Made by a program: the position numbers and the translations under genes. From the IMG/VR virus record IMGVR_UViG_3300042465_005116, positions 1-64,000 of that record: DNA of 64,000 nucleotides. One strand, written 5' to 3'. The notes under the pieces are model-generated. The model was not told the DNA's origin. It saw only the letters and a list, made by a program, of their open reading frames with translations, and ran no database searches. Origin of the DNA: a virus. Taxonomy: Duplodnaviria > Caudoviricetes. Positions within the stretch are counted from its first letter, which is position 1, and every line of letters starts with the position of its first letter. Below, in pieces: positions 1-10,200 of the stretch.

Positions 1-235
1 CTGTTCCTGCTTCTCTTAGATAGTTTTGTACTGCGTACCCTGTATAGTATGTTCCATCAGGTGTACCGAATATTTCTTCAAATTCTGATTGTGTATTTAC
101 GATAGTTGGTAAGAATGCTGGTCCTTTACTAAAAGGTCCTACTATTGCTGCTCCAATTTCTCCGATACCCTGTGATAAAAATGATAAATCATTCTCTCTT
201 GTGAATACACCAGGTGATACAATTTTTTCTGCCAT
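1..235 (-). CDS. gp18: Tail sheath protein, N-terminal part (runs off the left edge)
   Basis: Not in the ORF track. Manual translation from the ATG at 235 gives MAEKIVSPGVFTRENDLSFLSQGIGEIGAAIVGPFSKGPAFLPTIVNTQSEFEEIFG, the typical sheath N-terminus (SPGV.TRE.D; G...KGP...P). AGGAG lies 8 nt upstream. Confidence 0.9.
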   Translation of the reverse strand, partial: MAEKIVSPGVFTRENDLSFLSQGIGEIGAAIVGPFSKGPAFLPTIVNTQSEFEEIFGTPDGTYYTGYAVQNYLREAGT

Positions 236-273
236 TTTATTTACTCCTATTAAGTTTGTGTAATGATACACAT

Positions 274-281
274 ATAAGTAT
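274..281 (-). promoter_or_regulatory. Putative late promoter motif ATAYTTAT upstream of tail sheath
   Basis: ATACTTAT on the minus strand, 38 nt before the ATG. The same motif recurs upstream of ~15 genes. Confidence 0.55.
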
Positions 282-327
282 TAGATACTTTTTCTAAAAT
301 ATTATTTTATATATGCGTAACGTAGTA

Positions 328-597
328 TTATTCTGCGATTGGTGTGAATTCTCCCGTTGTAGGGTTGTAATCACCATCTCCGTATTTTTCATTTAATCCT
401 TTAAATAAGGTTTCTTCCGTTATAACTAAATCCGAATGTTGTTTAGTTAATTCTGCTTCTCTTTCTTCTAATTCTGACAATCTTCTTCTTTTTTCAATAT
501 GAATTTGTCCTAATTCAGTAAAAACAGCCCCAACATCAATTCGTAATTTGTTAATTTGTGCGACTTCGTCTTCCGTAAACTTAATTTTTTCTGCCAT
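328..597 (-). CDS. Small acidic coiled-coil phage protein
   Basis: 89 aa; helical Glu-rich body ending in YGDGDYNPTTGEF. Function unknown. Confidence 0.7.
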   Translation of the reverse strand: MAEKIKFTEDEVAQINKLRIDVGAVFTELGQIHIEKRRRLSELEEREAELTKQHSDLVITEETLFKGLNEKYGDGDYNPTTGEFTPIAE

Positions 598-631
598 TTT
601 GATATATTTTGTTTATTAATTAGTTATATAT

Positions 632-666
632 ATAAATATATAGATTTTCACCAAACGATAAAAAAA
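632..666 (-). promoter_or_regulatory. Bipartite putative late promoter (TTTTTTTATCGTTTGGT-N10-ATATTTAT)
   Basis: ATATTTAT at 632-639 plus a 17-mer at 650-666 that is identical to, and equally spaced as, the one at 63586-63602. Confidence 0.55.
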
Positions 667-1944
667 TTATCTAACAAATGAATAAGCAGATGTCCAAGCA
701 CCTTTAAGACCTTGGTCAATTGCTCTAACTCTAGCATACCACGTACCTGCAGTTAATAGGGTATTAACTTCAATAGTTGTAGTACTCCATTCCGTATTAT
801 CTACTATATTTGTAGCAAATGTATTTCCAGATGATATTTGTATATCATATGCAGTAATACCAGCTGTTCCAACTGCAGTAGGTGCTACCCAACTTAAACT
901 TGGAGATGCATATGCTAATGAGGTTGGTGCACCAGGAGCTCCTAAATCCGTAAATGCGTTACCACCTTTATTATGGGTAATATATCCATTTACTAAATAG
1001 GTATCTTCTGCTTCCACATCTAATGATACGATTTCAGATGTTTCTTCATCAATTGTTATTGATGTTATATCTATTTCTTGTGTATTACCATTTTCAAATT
1101 TAATTAATTTATCATTAAGATTTAAATTAAACATTTGTTTAAATCTATATAAATTATCAGTAGAATCTTTAACTAATAATGGATGTTCTGATGTAGCAGT
1201 GATTTCACCATTATTAACATTGTAATATTTACCAGTAAATGAATATATTACATTCACAACTGTTACTTCTTTTTCAGTTTTATTTAATTCAGATGTAGAC
1301 CAATCATAGAATGTGCCATCTGAATCGATTGATAATCCACTTAAAGAAAATCCTTTTAATTTATCACCTTCTTCAATTTGGCCAACTTCCTTAATAGAAC
1401 CATCAGCCATTGTTATTGGTGAATCAGATGTTAAACATAATGCAACGGAGTTACCATCATAAGAATCTACGGAATAAACCGTCTTATCTCTAGAAGTATT
1501 ATACCCAGTTGCGTGTGTATTATATCCATCTGCAAATATTGCTCTAATAGTATGAGTTTGAATTGTTTGTAGTACAGTCTGTGCACCTACCCCTTGTGGG
1601 TTCATTGATGATATACTAAAACTAGCGGTTGTACCACTATTTGTTCCTAATGTTATGAATGACCCAGCAGGAACACTCCATGTGAAGTTTGCTGCTCTAC
1701 TACTAATTCTATCAAAATTTGCACCAGCACCACTAAACCCTAATGTATAAGTTTCACTTGTAGATTCAACTCCGTATGTATAACCAGTTACTGAACCTAC
1801 CGAATCAATTGCAAATGATGACATTGAAATAGGACCGGTTGAATTTCCCTTTGCTGCTGATAATGCTCTTGGTCCTGCTGCAACACCTGTTGCTGCACCT
1901 AATGAATTTAAACTTTTGGTTTGTCCTGATGTTAATGTTGCCAT
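667..1944 (-). CDS. Putative virion protein with a Hint (intein-like) domain and a C-terminal FN3-like domain
   Basis: Hint signature C1 (CLTSDSPI), TSEHP and terminal HN spans 970-1437. The C-terminal ~100 aa (APGAPTSL...SWVAP...YDIQIS...WYARVRA) is fibronectin-III-like. Confidence 0.8.
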   Translation of the reverse strand: MATLTSGQTKSLNSLGAATGVAAGPRALSAAKGNSTGPISMSSFAIDSVGSVTGYTYGVESTSETYTLGFSGAGANFDRISSRAANFTWSVPAGSFITLGTNSGTTASFSISSMNPQGVGAQTVLQTIQTHTIRAIFADGYNTHATGYNTSRDKTVYSVDSYDGNSVALCLTSDSPITMADGSIKEVGQIEEGDKLKGFSLSGLSIDSDGTFYDWSTSELNKTEKEVTVVNVIYSFTGKYYNVNNGEITATSEHPLLVKDSTDNLYRFKQMFNLNLNDKLIKFENGNTQEIDITSITIDEETSEIVSLDVEAEDTYLVNGYITHNKGGNAFTDLGAPGAPTSLAYASPSLSWVAPTAVGTAGITAYDIQISSGNTFATNIVDNTEWSTTTIEVNTLLTAGTWYARVRAIDQGLKGAWTSAYSFVR

Positions 1945-1955
1945 TTATGTGTTTC

Positions 1956-2954
1956 CTATTTATTATAAATATCTAATAATGAATCAATCCACTTATTCTT
2001 ATCTGTATATTTTTTAATCATATAATTTTTTATAATATTAAACCAATATAATTTTTCAGAATAAGATAATGTAGTAATCTTTGTATAAATATCAAAAAAT
2101 TCAGTTTTAGACGATGCTCGGTATGGATATTCTAAATCTTTACACCAACTCGAATGTAGTATTGGTAATTTACCTTTATCAACCGCTTCAAATATTGAAT
2201 ATCCAAAGGGTTCTGATATAAACGCAGAGTGTGATATACCCCAATCCATATCATAAAATGTATCTTTAAAATCTGGAGTATAATGATATAATTTTGATTT
2301 TGAAATATCTACTTTTACCCCATTTTTCCAAAGTACATTAAATTCTTGAGAGTTAGTAAAAATAAGACTAGGAATTTTATCTAAATAGTGTGGATTTTTT
2401 CTACCTTCACTTCTTGCTGCAAATCCTAACCTATTAGATTCGGATAGTGGTAAATTCCATTTAAATTCGTAAAAATTTGGTATATTAGTATTTTTATAAA
2501 GTATTTCGTATAATCCTACCCATATATTAGTTTCACACCAATCAGTAACCTCTTGTTCCCATTCTGAACTCATATAAGGATGATGTCCTATTGGTAAATC
2601 ACTTCCAAATTGAGATTTTAGGATGTGGTCTATTGAATTGTGTAATATATTTGAATGGATTTTATCTTTATTATCTACGATTGGTTTCATTGGAGTATAA
2701 TGTCCATGTAGGATATTAATTCTTCGTGCACCTTTACATAGTTCTTCAAATTTTTGAATATCTTCACCATGCCAGTAAGTTTCTATTGGGAATTCGTAAT
2801 CTTCGTGTCCTTTGGGTTTGTTTCTATGAATTAGTAGAATTGGTTTAATATCTAATTTAGGTGCTATTAATTCTATCCAAAGATTTACCCAAATATCAGA
2901 ACCTGCATTGACCCACGGTCCACCACCTGTGGTATAATAAACATCGTAAACCAT
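1956..2954 (-). CDS. GT-B-fold (GT4-like) glycosyltransferase
   Basis: C-terminal SEPFGYSIFEAVDKGKLPIL resembles the GT4 E-x-F-G-x4-E-A donor-binding motif. Paralogous to the ORF at 63624-64000. Confidence 0.6.
   Translation of the reverse strand: MVYDVYYTTGGGPWVNAGSDIWVNLWIELIAPKLDIKPILLIHRNKPKGHEDYEFPIETYWHGEDIQKFEELCKGARRINILHGHYTPMKPIVDNKDKIHSNILHNSIDHILKSQFGSDLPIGHHPYMSSEWEQEVTDWCETNIWVGLYEILYKNTNIPNFYEFKWNLPLSESNRLGFAARSEGRKNPHYLDKIPSLIFTNSQEFNVLWKNGVKVDISKSKLYHYTPDFKDTFYDMDWGISHSAFISEPFGYSIFEAVDKGKLPILHSSWCKDLEYPYRASSKTEFFDIYTKITTLSYSEKLYWFNIIKNYMIKKYTDKNKWIDSLLDIYNK
1965..1972 (-). promoter_or_regulatory. Putative late promoter motif
   Basis: ATATTTAT 20 nt before the Hint-protein ATG, inside the 3' end of the upstream gene. 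Confidence 0.4.
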
Positions 2955-2959
2955 TTATA

Positions 2960-4834
2960 TTATTTTTTAATTATAATTAGTCCAGAAAATAATCCAGCAA
3001 AAGTTATAGTTAACGCATTAACTGAGGTTGATTCTATAATTGAGGGAACTTCTTGTCTTTTATTAGTAGTATTCCATGCTTGAACTATTGGATATTCTTC
3101 ACCCAAACTATGAGTGATTGAATAGGTTGAATTACCACTAACTGTTTCCTTATAGGTTGTTAATGCAGTTATTTGTGAAGACCCACTCACCAACCCACTT
3201 GGCGTTCCTGCTAAGTTATTCCAAGATGTAGAACCACTTACTATATGTCCACCTTTAGCAACTACTGCGTATCCACTTTGAGCGGATGATAATACTATTG
3301 TTGCAGTATTATTATTAGTAAGTGTTACCGATGATGGTATTATTTGTGAATCATTTGTTCCGTATACTGAAACTAATACATTTTTAGTATTAAAATTATG
3401 GGTTACCTCAATAGTTGATTGGGTATCAAACGAAGATGTGATTGTTGCAACTTCTGCAATTTCAGTTACTACGTTTGTAATACCACTACCATCCCCAACA
3501 AAGAACGATGCAGTGATTGCACCATTTCCTAAATTAATTGATTGACTTACTAATGATGAAATGATTTGGGTAGAAGATGATACAATGTTGCTTCCACCTA
3601 ATATTTGTATCGACCCGGATATTAATGTTGGTAATGAACTAATTTCACTAAAAGTAATTTGAGATGACCCTGATACAATATTATCACCACTAGCAAGTAG
3701 TATTTTAGATTCAGACCCACTTACTCCGCTTTTCCAATAATCATTAGTCGAATCCCATAATAGAGAACCACTAATAATAGAAGCACCGGTTGAATCTTTA
3801 ACTAATAAACCACCATTTGCTACACCACTACCATTCAATTCAATAATATTATCACCTAATTGAATTGTAGTTGAGTTTACGGAGGTGGTTGTTCCTCTAA
3901 CGGTCAAATCACCTAAAACAATTACATTCGAACCTGTCAACTCTAACGCAGTTTTAAGAGAGGATGTATATGTGTTTAAAGATGCAGTTGATTCTTGTAT
4001 TCTATCTAACTCACTATCAATTGAAGCAGTATATGTTGCAAGGGTTGAGTTCTTAGTATCTTGTGATTGTGTATACGAATTTAATGAACTCAATATACTA
4101 ACTATCTGAGATGAACCACTTACTAATCCGCTTGGTTTATTTGTATGATTTGTATAATCTAAATAATATGAACCGGATTCGCCATTTAATTTATTTGAAT
4201 CATCTGCAGAACCACTAACAATGTGGCCACCTTTAGCAACTACTGCATAACCACTTTGAGCGGAAGTTAATACTATTGTTGCAGTATTTAAATCCGTAAG
4301 AGTTACTGATGATGGGATTATTTGTGCATAATTAGAATCGTATACTGAAATGATTACATTTCGTGAATTAAAATTATGACTAACTGATATGTTTGAGGAA
4401 TTAAAGAAAGCGTAATTAACAGTTGCTACTTGAGAGATATCGGATGCGGGTAGATTTGTTAATCCACTACCATCTCCTCCAAATGAACCAGTGAAAGAAC
4501 CACTAATAGTTCCTTCACCTAATGTATTTAAATATCTTGAATCTAATGAGGATGTTAATTGAGATGAACCGGAAACCATTCCAGTCCCACCGAAAGTTAT
4601 TTGAGAACCATTTCCTATGAAATTTGAAGCCGTTATAGCACCACCGATATTAATTGAACCAGAAATTAGGGCATCAGTAACAACTATTGATTGTATGGAA
4701 GGGACTCCGTTATCTTTTTCAAAATACAACTTACCATCGTAAGTGTTTATCGCCAACTCTCCTAACTCAAGAGTGTCGGTTGTAGGTGATTTTCCCTGAA
4801 CTGCCGTTCTTTTTAGCTTTAATACTTGTGCCAT
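2960..4834 (-). CDS. Tail fibre-like structural protein
   Basis: N-terminal LKLKRT...P....LELGELAINTYDGKL (Mtd-N-like attachment motif), many SGSSQ repeats and duplicated HNFN...QIIPSSVTL modules. Confidence 0.75.
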   Translation of the reverse strand: MAQVLKLKRTAVQGKSPTTDTLELGELAINTYDGKLYFEKDNGVPSIQSIVVTDALISGSINIGGAITASNFIGNGSQITFGGTGMVSGSSQLTSSLDSRYLNTLGEGTISGSFTGSFGGDGSGLTNLPASDISQVATVNYAFFNSSNISVSHNFNSRNVIISVYDSNYAQIIPSSVTLTDLNTATIVLTSAQSGYAVVAKGGHIVSGSADDSNKLNGESGSYYLDYTNHTNKPSGLVSGSSQIVSILSSLNSYTQSQDTKNSTLATYTASIDSELDRIQESTASLNTYTSSLKTALELTGSNVIVLGDLTVRGTTTSVNSTTIQLGDNIIELNGSGVANGGLLVKDSTGASIISGSLLWDSTNDYWKSGVSGSESKILLASGDNIVSGSSQITFSEISSLPTLISGSIQILGGSNIVSSSTQIISSLVSQSINLGNGAITASFFVGDGSGITNVVTEIAEVATITSSFDTQSTIEVTHNFNTKNVLVSVYGTNDSQIIPSSVTLTNNNTATIVLSSAQSGYAVVAKGGHIVSGSTSWNNLAGTPSGLVSGSSQITALTTYKETVSGNSTYSITHSLGEEYPIVQAWNTTNKRQEVPSIIESTSVNALTITFAGLFSGLIIIKK

Positions 4835-4917
4835 ATGTATGACTTAATAATTTCATTATATAATTATTTAACTAGAAACTCCTTATATAAGAAGTTTTGA
4901 ACTATAACCCGTGTGGG

Positions 4918-6528
4918 TTATAGTCCAGTTTCTAATTTATTAATTTTGTTTGATAAATCTTCGATTTGCTTTTGTTGTTCTTTTATACCTTCGATTAATA
5001 GAGCAACTAATTTGTCATATTTAACCGCTTTATATCCATTATCACGAGTTACAACTAACTGTGGTAATACTTCTTCAATTTCTTGTGCGATTACACCGAC
5101 ATCGTTTCCTTCAAATCCATGTATATCTTTATTTTCTGCTTTCCAATCGTATGTGTTACCACTAATCATTTTGATTTTTTCGATTGGAGATTGAATTGTT
5201 GTAATATTTTCTTTGAAACGAATATCTGAAGCAGAGAATGCTGTAATATCACCCGTTGCAGTTATTGCTCCGTTAATTGTTAAACCTGCGAAAGTTGGGG
5301 ATGATGAAGTTAAAACTGCTTGGTTTAATACTGAACCATATCCTGTTGTAGATGATAGAGTTACTTGAGATGAACCACTAACCACACCAGTTGGTAAAAT
5401 TGCAGTGACACTACCTGCGGTTACTGTTCCTATTGTTGTAATAGAATCATCACCACTATATGTTCCACCCGCAACAGCTGCCAATGTAGCGTTATATGCT
5501 TGAACATCTGAACCGATTGCTACTCCTAAGTTAGTTCTAGCAGTACCTGTATTTGTTAAATCTGATAAATTTGATGACTTTGATAATTTACCATCTACTA
5601 AAGTATTTAAAGTAGAATCACCACTTGCAAGTGATGCAGAAATTTCTAATAAAGTATCAAACGCTGCACTAGCACCACCGATTAAATCAGTTAATTCTTG
5701 TTGAACGTATGCAGTAGTAGCAATTTGAGTTGAATTTGTATTTACTGCAGCAGTTGGTGCTATTGGAGTACCTGTAAATTCAGGAGAAGTAAACATTGTT
5801 GCTTTACTTTCATTTGTTACGTTTCCTAAACTAACATGAGTAGCAGTTACACCACTAACAGTTCCAGTAAATGTAGGAGAAGTAAACATTGTTGCTTTAC
5901 TTTCATTTGTTACGTTTCCTAATGATAAGAAAGTTTTAACATTTGAAGCCGAACCACTTACTACTGCTAATGAATTGTTATATGCTAAAACATTTTCATC
6001 AAAATTAGTAATCGAATCTGCGTTTACTTGTGAACTACCACTAACAACGCCAGTTGGTAATGTTGAAGTAAGTTGTGCAGAACCAGAGATTACACCGGTT
6101 GGTAACAATTCAGTTACTTGAGTAGAACCACTTACAATTCCAGCTGGGATTGAAGAGATACTAGCATAAGTTATTTGAGATGACCCACTAACCAATCCTC
6201 TACCCTTTGTTTCATAAGATGAAGTTGCAGAGTTTAAGTTTGAAAGTTGTGTATCAACTGATGCGGTATAAACTGCAAGAGTTGAGTTCTTAGTTTCTAA
6301 CGATGATGTATACGATTCAATTAAATCTAATCTAGCATCTTGAGAGCCAGTATCAATATTTAATTGTTGAATTTTAGTTTCTAATGATGCAGAAAAAGTC
6401 TTAGGGTCTCCCAAACCTGCAACTGAACCACTAAACGAACCACTATATATACCATTATCTGGTAAGGTGAATGTTGCACCATTTGCAAAGGTTAGTGAAC
6501 CTGAAATTATGGGACTATGTATTATCAT
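4918..6528 (-). CDS. Tail fibre protein with C-terminal intramolecular chaperone (peptidase S74-like)
   Basis: SDIRFKENI...GVIAQEIEEVLPQLV...YKAVKYDKLVALLIEGIKE is the S74 chaperone signature. Confidence 0.85.
   Translation of the reverse strand: MIIHSPIISGSLTFANGATFTLPDNGIYSGSFSGSVAGLGDPKTFSASLETKIQQLNIDTGSQDARLDLIESYTSSLETKNSTLAVYTASVDTQLSNLNSATSSYETKGRGLVSGSSQITYASISSIPAGIVSGSTQVTELLPTGVISGSAQLTSTLPTGVVSGSSQVNADSITNFDENVLAYNNSLAVVSGSASNVKTFLSLGNVTNESKATMFTSPTFTGTVSGVTATHVSLGNVTNESKATMFTSPEFTGTPIAPTAAVNTNSTQIATTAYVQQELTDLIGGASAAFDTLLEISASLASGDSTLNTLVDGKLSKSSNLSDLTNTGTARTNLGVAIGSDVQAYNATLAAVAGGTYSGDDSITTIGTVTAGSVTAILPTGVVSGSSQVTLSSTTGYGSVLNQAVLTSSSPTFAGLTINGAITATGDITAFSASDIRFKENITTIQSPIEKIKMISGNTYDWKAENKDIHGFEGNDVGVIAQEIEEVLPQLVVTRDNGYKAVKYDKLVALLIEGIKEQQKQIEDLSNKINKLETGL
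5782..5922. repeat. Two exact 48-bp direct repeats, 93-bp period (LGNVTNESKATMFTSP)
   Basis: 5782-5829 is identical to 5875-5922. Confidence 0.9.
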
Positions 6529-6559
6529 CGCTTTTGATTTTTTTTTATTTTATTTACTA

Positions 6560-6567
6560 ATAAATAT
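6560..6567 (-). promoter_or_regulatory. Putative late promoter motif
   Basis: ATATTTAT 31 nt before the ATG at 6528. Confidence 0.5.
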
Positions 6568-6574
6568 ATTTTTT

Positions 6575-7219
6575 TTAAATTGAACCGCCATCTATACTAG
6601 ATATTGTTGTTGCATTTGCTGTTCCTGTCACATCTCCGCTCAATGTTATTTGAGCCGAACCACTAAATAAACCAAGTACATTTACTTGATTTGTTACTGA
6701 AGCATCAAAACCTATAATTTTACTCGAATCAATCGAACCACTAAGAATATGACCACCTTTTGCTACAACTACATAACCACTTCTAGCGGATTCGAATGTA
6801 ATTGTTATAGTATTATCGTCAGTATGTCTTAATGTTGATGGGATTATTTGATATCCTTCTGCATCAAACACTTGTGCTATTGCATTGGGAGTATTCAAAT
6901 TATGGTTAACTACCCAACTTGATGAAGCAGTAAAAGAACGTTGAACTGTTGCTGCTTGTGCAACTGTTATATTTTCTAACCCACTACCATCACCTTTAAA
7001 AAATGATGCGGTAATTGAACCTGTTATATTAAGGTTACCAGCAATGGCAGTTGAAGTATTAGTTGTTACTAATGATTCTATCGAATCTACTGAACCTGAC
7101 TTTCTAAAAAATACCTTACCATCGGTAACGTTCATTGCTATTTCACCATATTGTAGTGAACCAGTTTCAGGTATTGCTCCAGCGGTCGTTGACCTTTTGA
7201 ATTTAATAATTTGTGCCAT
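6575..7219 (-). CDS. Short tail fibre-like / fibre-associated protein
   Basis: Mtd-N-like start (IIKFKRS...P...LQYGEIAMNVTDGKV) and the same VNHNL...QIIPSTL...GYVVVAKGGHI module as 2960-4834. Confidence 0.7.
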   Translation of the reverse strand: MAQIIKFKRSTTAGAIPETGSLQYGEIAMNVTDGKVFFRKSGSVDSIESLVTTNTSTAIAGNLNITGSITASFFKGDGSGLENITVAQAATVQRSFTASSSWVVNHNLNTPNAIAQVFDAEGYQIIPSTLRHTDDNTITITFESARSGYVVVAKGGHILSGSIDSSKIIGFDASVTNQVNVLGLFSGSAQITLSGDVTGTANATTISSIDGGSI

Positions 7220-10200
7220 TAATTTTCTATTTTGGTTTTTAAATATTCCACTTGTTTGGTTAATTCCTTAATACCTTCAATTAAAACGGATACTAATTTA
7301 TCATATTTAACTGCTTTGTAACCATTTTCTCTTGTTTGTACTAATTCTGGGAATACTTCTTCAATTTCTTGAGCGATTACTCCGTAATCTTTACCACTAT
7401 AAATAGATTGCAACTCATCATTCCATTCAAACTCACAGCCATTAATTTTAGAAATCTTTTCTAATGGGGATTCGATTGGTTTGATATTATTTTTTAATCT
7501 AATATCTGATGATGCAAAAGCAACAATATCACCACCTGCATTGATACCACCACTTACCCCTATACCACCTGTTACGATAAATGCACCAGTTGTTTTATCA
7601 GTCGATGCGGTAGCATTTGAAATGGTAATTGCATTTGTTGTAGATGCACCGGTATCAGTTATTTGTTGTAATGTTCTTGTTACTTGTGATGAACCTGAAA
7701 TTACTCCATCAACATCTAATTTAGCTTTAACGTTTGAATCAAAGTTTGTAATTGAATCAGCATCTACTTGAGATGAACCTGAAACTACTCCGCTTGGTAA
7801 CAATAATATAATTTGTGAACTTCCACTAACTACTCCCGAAGGTAGTGTTGCGGTAAGTTGCGATGAACCCGATATTACTCCGTTTGTAGCGTTTATTACT
7901 CCATTAAATGAAGTTGCAATTACATCACCTATTGTTGTAAGTGAACCTGTTATTTGAACTGAACCTGTAAATTCATGTGTATCATTTCCAAAATCACCAA
8001 ACCTATTAGAGCCACTACTGAATATAACCGATGCAGTTTCACTAATTGTTGTTAAATTAACAATAGTTAAATCCGTAATAGTTGTTCCACTTAATTGAGA
8101 TGAACCAGAAATTATTCCGGCTGGGATTGATGAAATATCTGCGTATATTATTTGAGAACTACCACTAACAATTCCTGCTGGAATAGAACTAATGTTTGCA
8201 TATGTTATTTGAGAACTTCCACTTACCAACCCACTTCCACCAAATATTTGAGAACTTCCACTAACAATTCCTCTACCATTTGTTTCGTAAGATGAAGTTG
8301 CACTATTTAAATTTGATATATGAGAATCAATCGAAGCTGTATAAATAGCAAGAGTTGAATTCTTTGTATCTTGTGAAGATGTATATGAATTTAATGAGGT
8401 TAATGGAATTAATCTAGCATCAACACCATTTGTGAAATGTGTAGAACCAGTATTTAATGTAAGAGTTACATCACCTGATAATCCTCCTCCACCTAAACCA
8501 TCACCTGCACTTACCGATAAAATGTCTGCAACAGCTGCTGCAGCTAAAAGTTCTTCGGTTCTCCAATCTATATATTTTTTTGTTGCTCCTGCAGTGAGTA
8601 AATGATTATTTGTATAATTAATACTTCCACTTACTAATACTACATCAACCGATGATGTTACATTATAAAATGCGGCTGAACCTAATGATACTAACGGATT
8701 TGCACCCAATAAAGTAGCAAAAGATGCCGATGGTGCATATCTTAAATCATATGAACCAGTCAATTGTTGTGAACCACTAACTACACCAGTTGGTAATAAT
8801 GATGGTATCTGTGAAGAACCACTAACTATGCCCGCCGGAATTGATGATAATGATGTGTATACTACTTGAGATGAACCACTTACTACTCCATTTGTTGCGT
8901 TGATTTCGCCGATGATTGAACCAGTAAATCCTGCTGATGCACTTACTGCACCTGTTACATTTAACGAAGAACCAACAAATACACCATTTACACCAACAAT
9001 AGAAACTGTTTGTGCACTATCATCTATTTTTAAGTAATTGGTATCGTCACCAAAGTAGTTGAAATCTGTATTACCTTTAAAGTGAATATCATTACCCGAA
9101 GGTGCAGCAGTATTATAAATTTGAAAATATCTTGCATCATTAACATCAGGTTGTAAAAATATATTTCCAATACCTTTAATTTCATTAGTTACTATTAAAG
9201 AAGAACTTATTATTTGCTCACCTTTAAATGTATTTGAACCGGTTGTTGCAAATGAACCAGTTAAATTTTGTAATGTTAAATTCTTAGTATCTAAACTTGA
9301 TGTATAATTTCCTAAAGTTAAGTTCTTAGTATCTTGTGAAGATGTGTAAGAATTTAATGATGAAGTTGATTCGTGTATTCTAGCTAAATCTAAATCAATT
9401 GAAGCAGTATAATTTCCTAAAGTTGAATTCTTAGTATCTTGTGAAGATGTGTATGAATTTAATGATTTTATTCTATCATCAACTGATTGTGAATATGTTG
9501 AAAAATTAGTTACATCATTTAAATTTATTTGAATTGATGATGATATAACACCTTCTACATTTAATCTTGTTTTAATACCACTTACATAATTTGTAGTTGA
9601 TGTTAAATCAATCTGTGATGAACCAGAAACTACACTATCACCTTCAGCTAAAAGTATTTTAGATTCAGCACCTAATTTACCACTTTTCCAATAATCATTA
9701 ACCGAATCCCAAAGTAAAGAACCTGATATCGTTGATACTGCAGTTGGGTCTTTAACTAATAAACCACCATTTGCTGCTCCCGTACCATTTAATTCGATAA
9801 TGTTATCACCTAATTGAATTGTATTTGAATCTAATGTAGTTTGTGTTCCTTTAACAACTAAGTTTCCTAAAATTGTTACAGATGAACCAGTTAATTCAAT
9901 TGCATTTTTTAATGATTGAGTATATGATAAAACTGATGCGGTTACATTTAATAATGTTTCCCATTTAGTATCAATTGAAGCAGTATAAATTGCTAAAGTT
10001 GAATTCTTAATTGATTGAGACCATAAAGTATCATCAACCGAACTACTTTTTAGTTCTAAATTATTTAATCTACCATTAACACTTTCAGTATAAATTCCAA
10101 GTGTTGAATTCTTAGTATCTTGTGATTGCGTATAAGAATTTAATGAAGCCGTTGCTGATAAAATCGATGAGGTTACATTTAATAATGTTTCCCATTTCGT

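Noticed and set aside
970-1437. Canonical mobile intein
   Set aside because: The +1 residue is Lys, there is no homing endonuclease, and the host protein is not a conserved enzyme. Treated as a BIL/PT-Hint domain instead.
4876-4897. Hairpin AAACTTCTTA-TA-TAAGGAGTTT as a terminator
   Set aside because: 2-nt loop, AT-rich stem and no downstream U-tract on the coding strand; too weak to call.
6788-6797. GGATTCGAAT, resembling a tRNA T-loop
   Set aside because: Inside a fibre CDS, with no cloverleaf around it. No tRNA was seen in the window.
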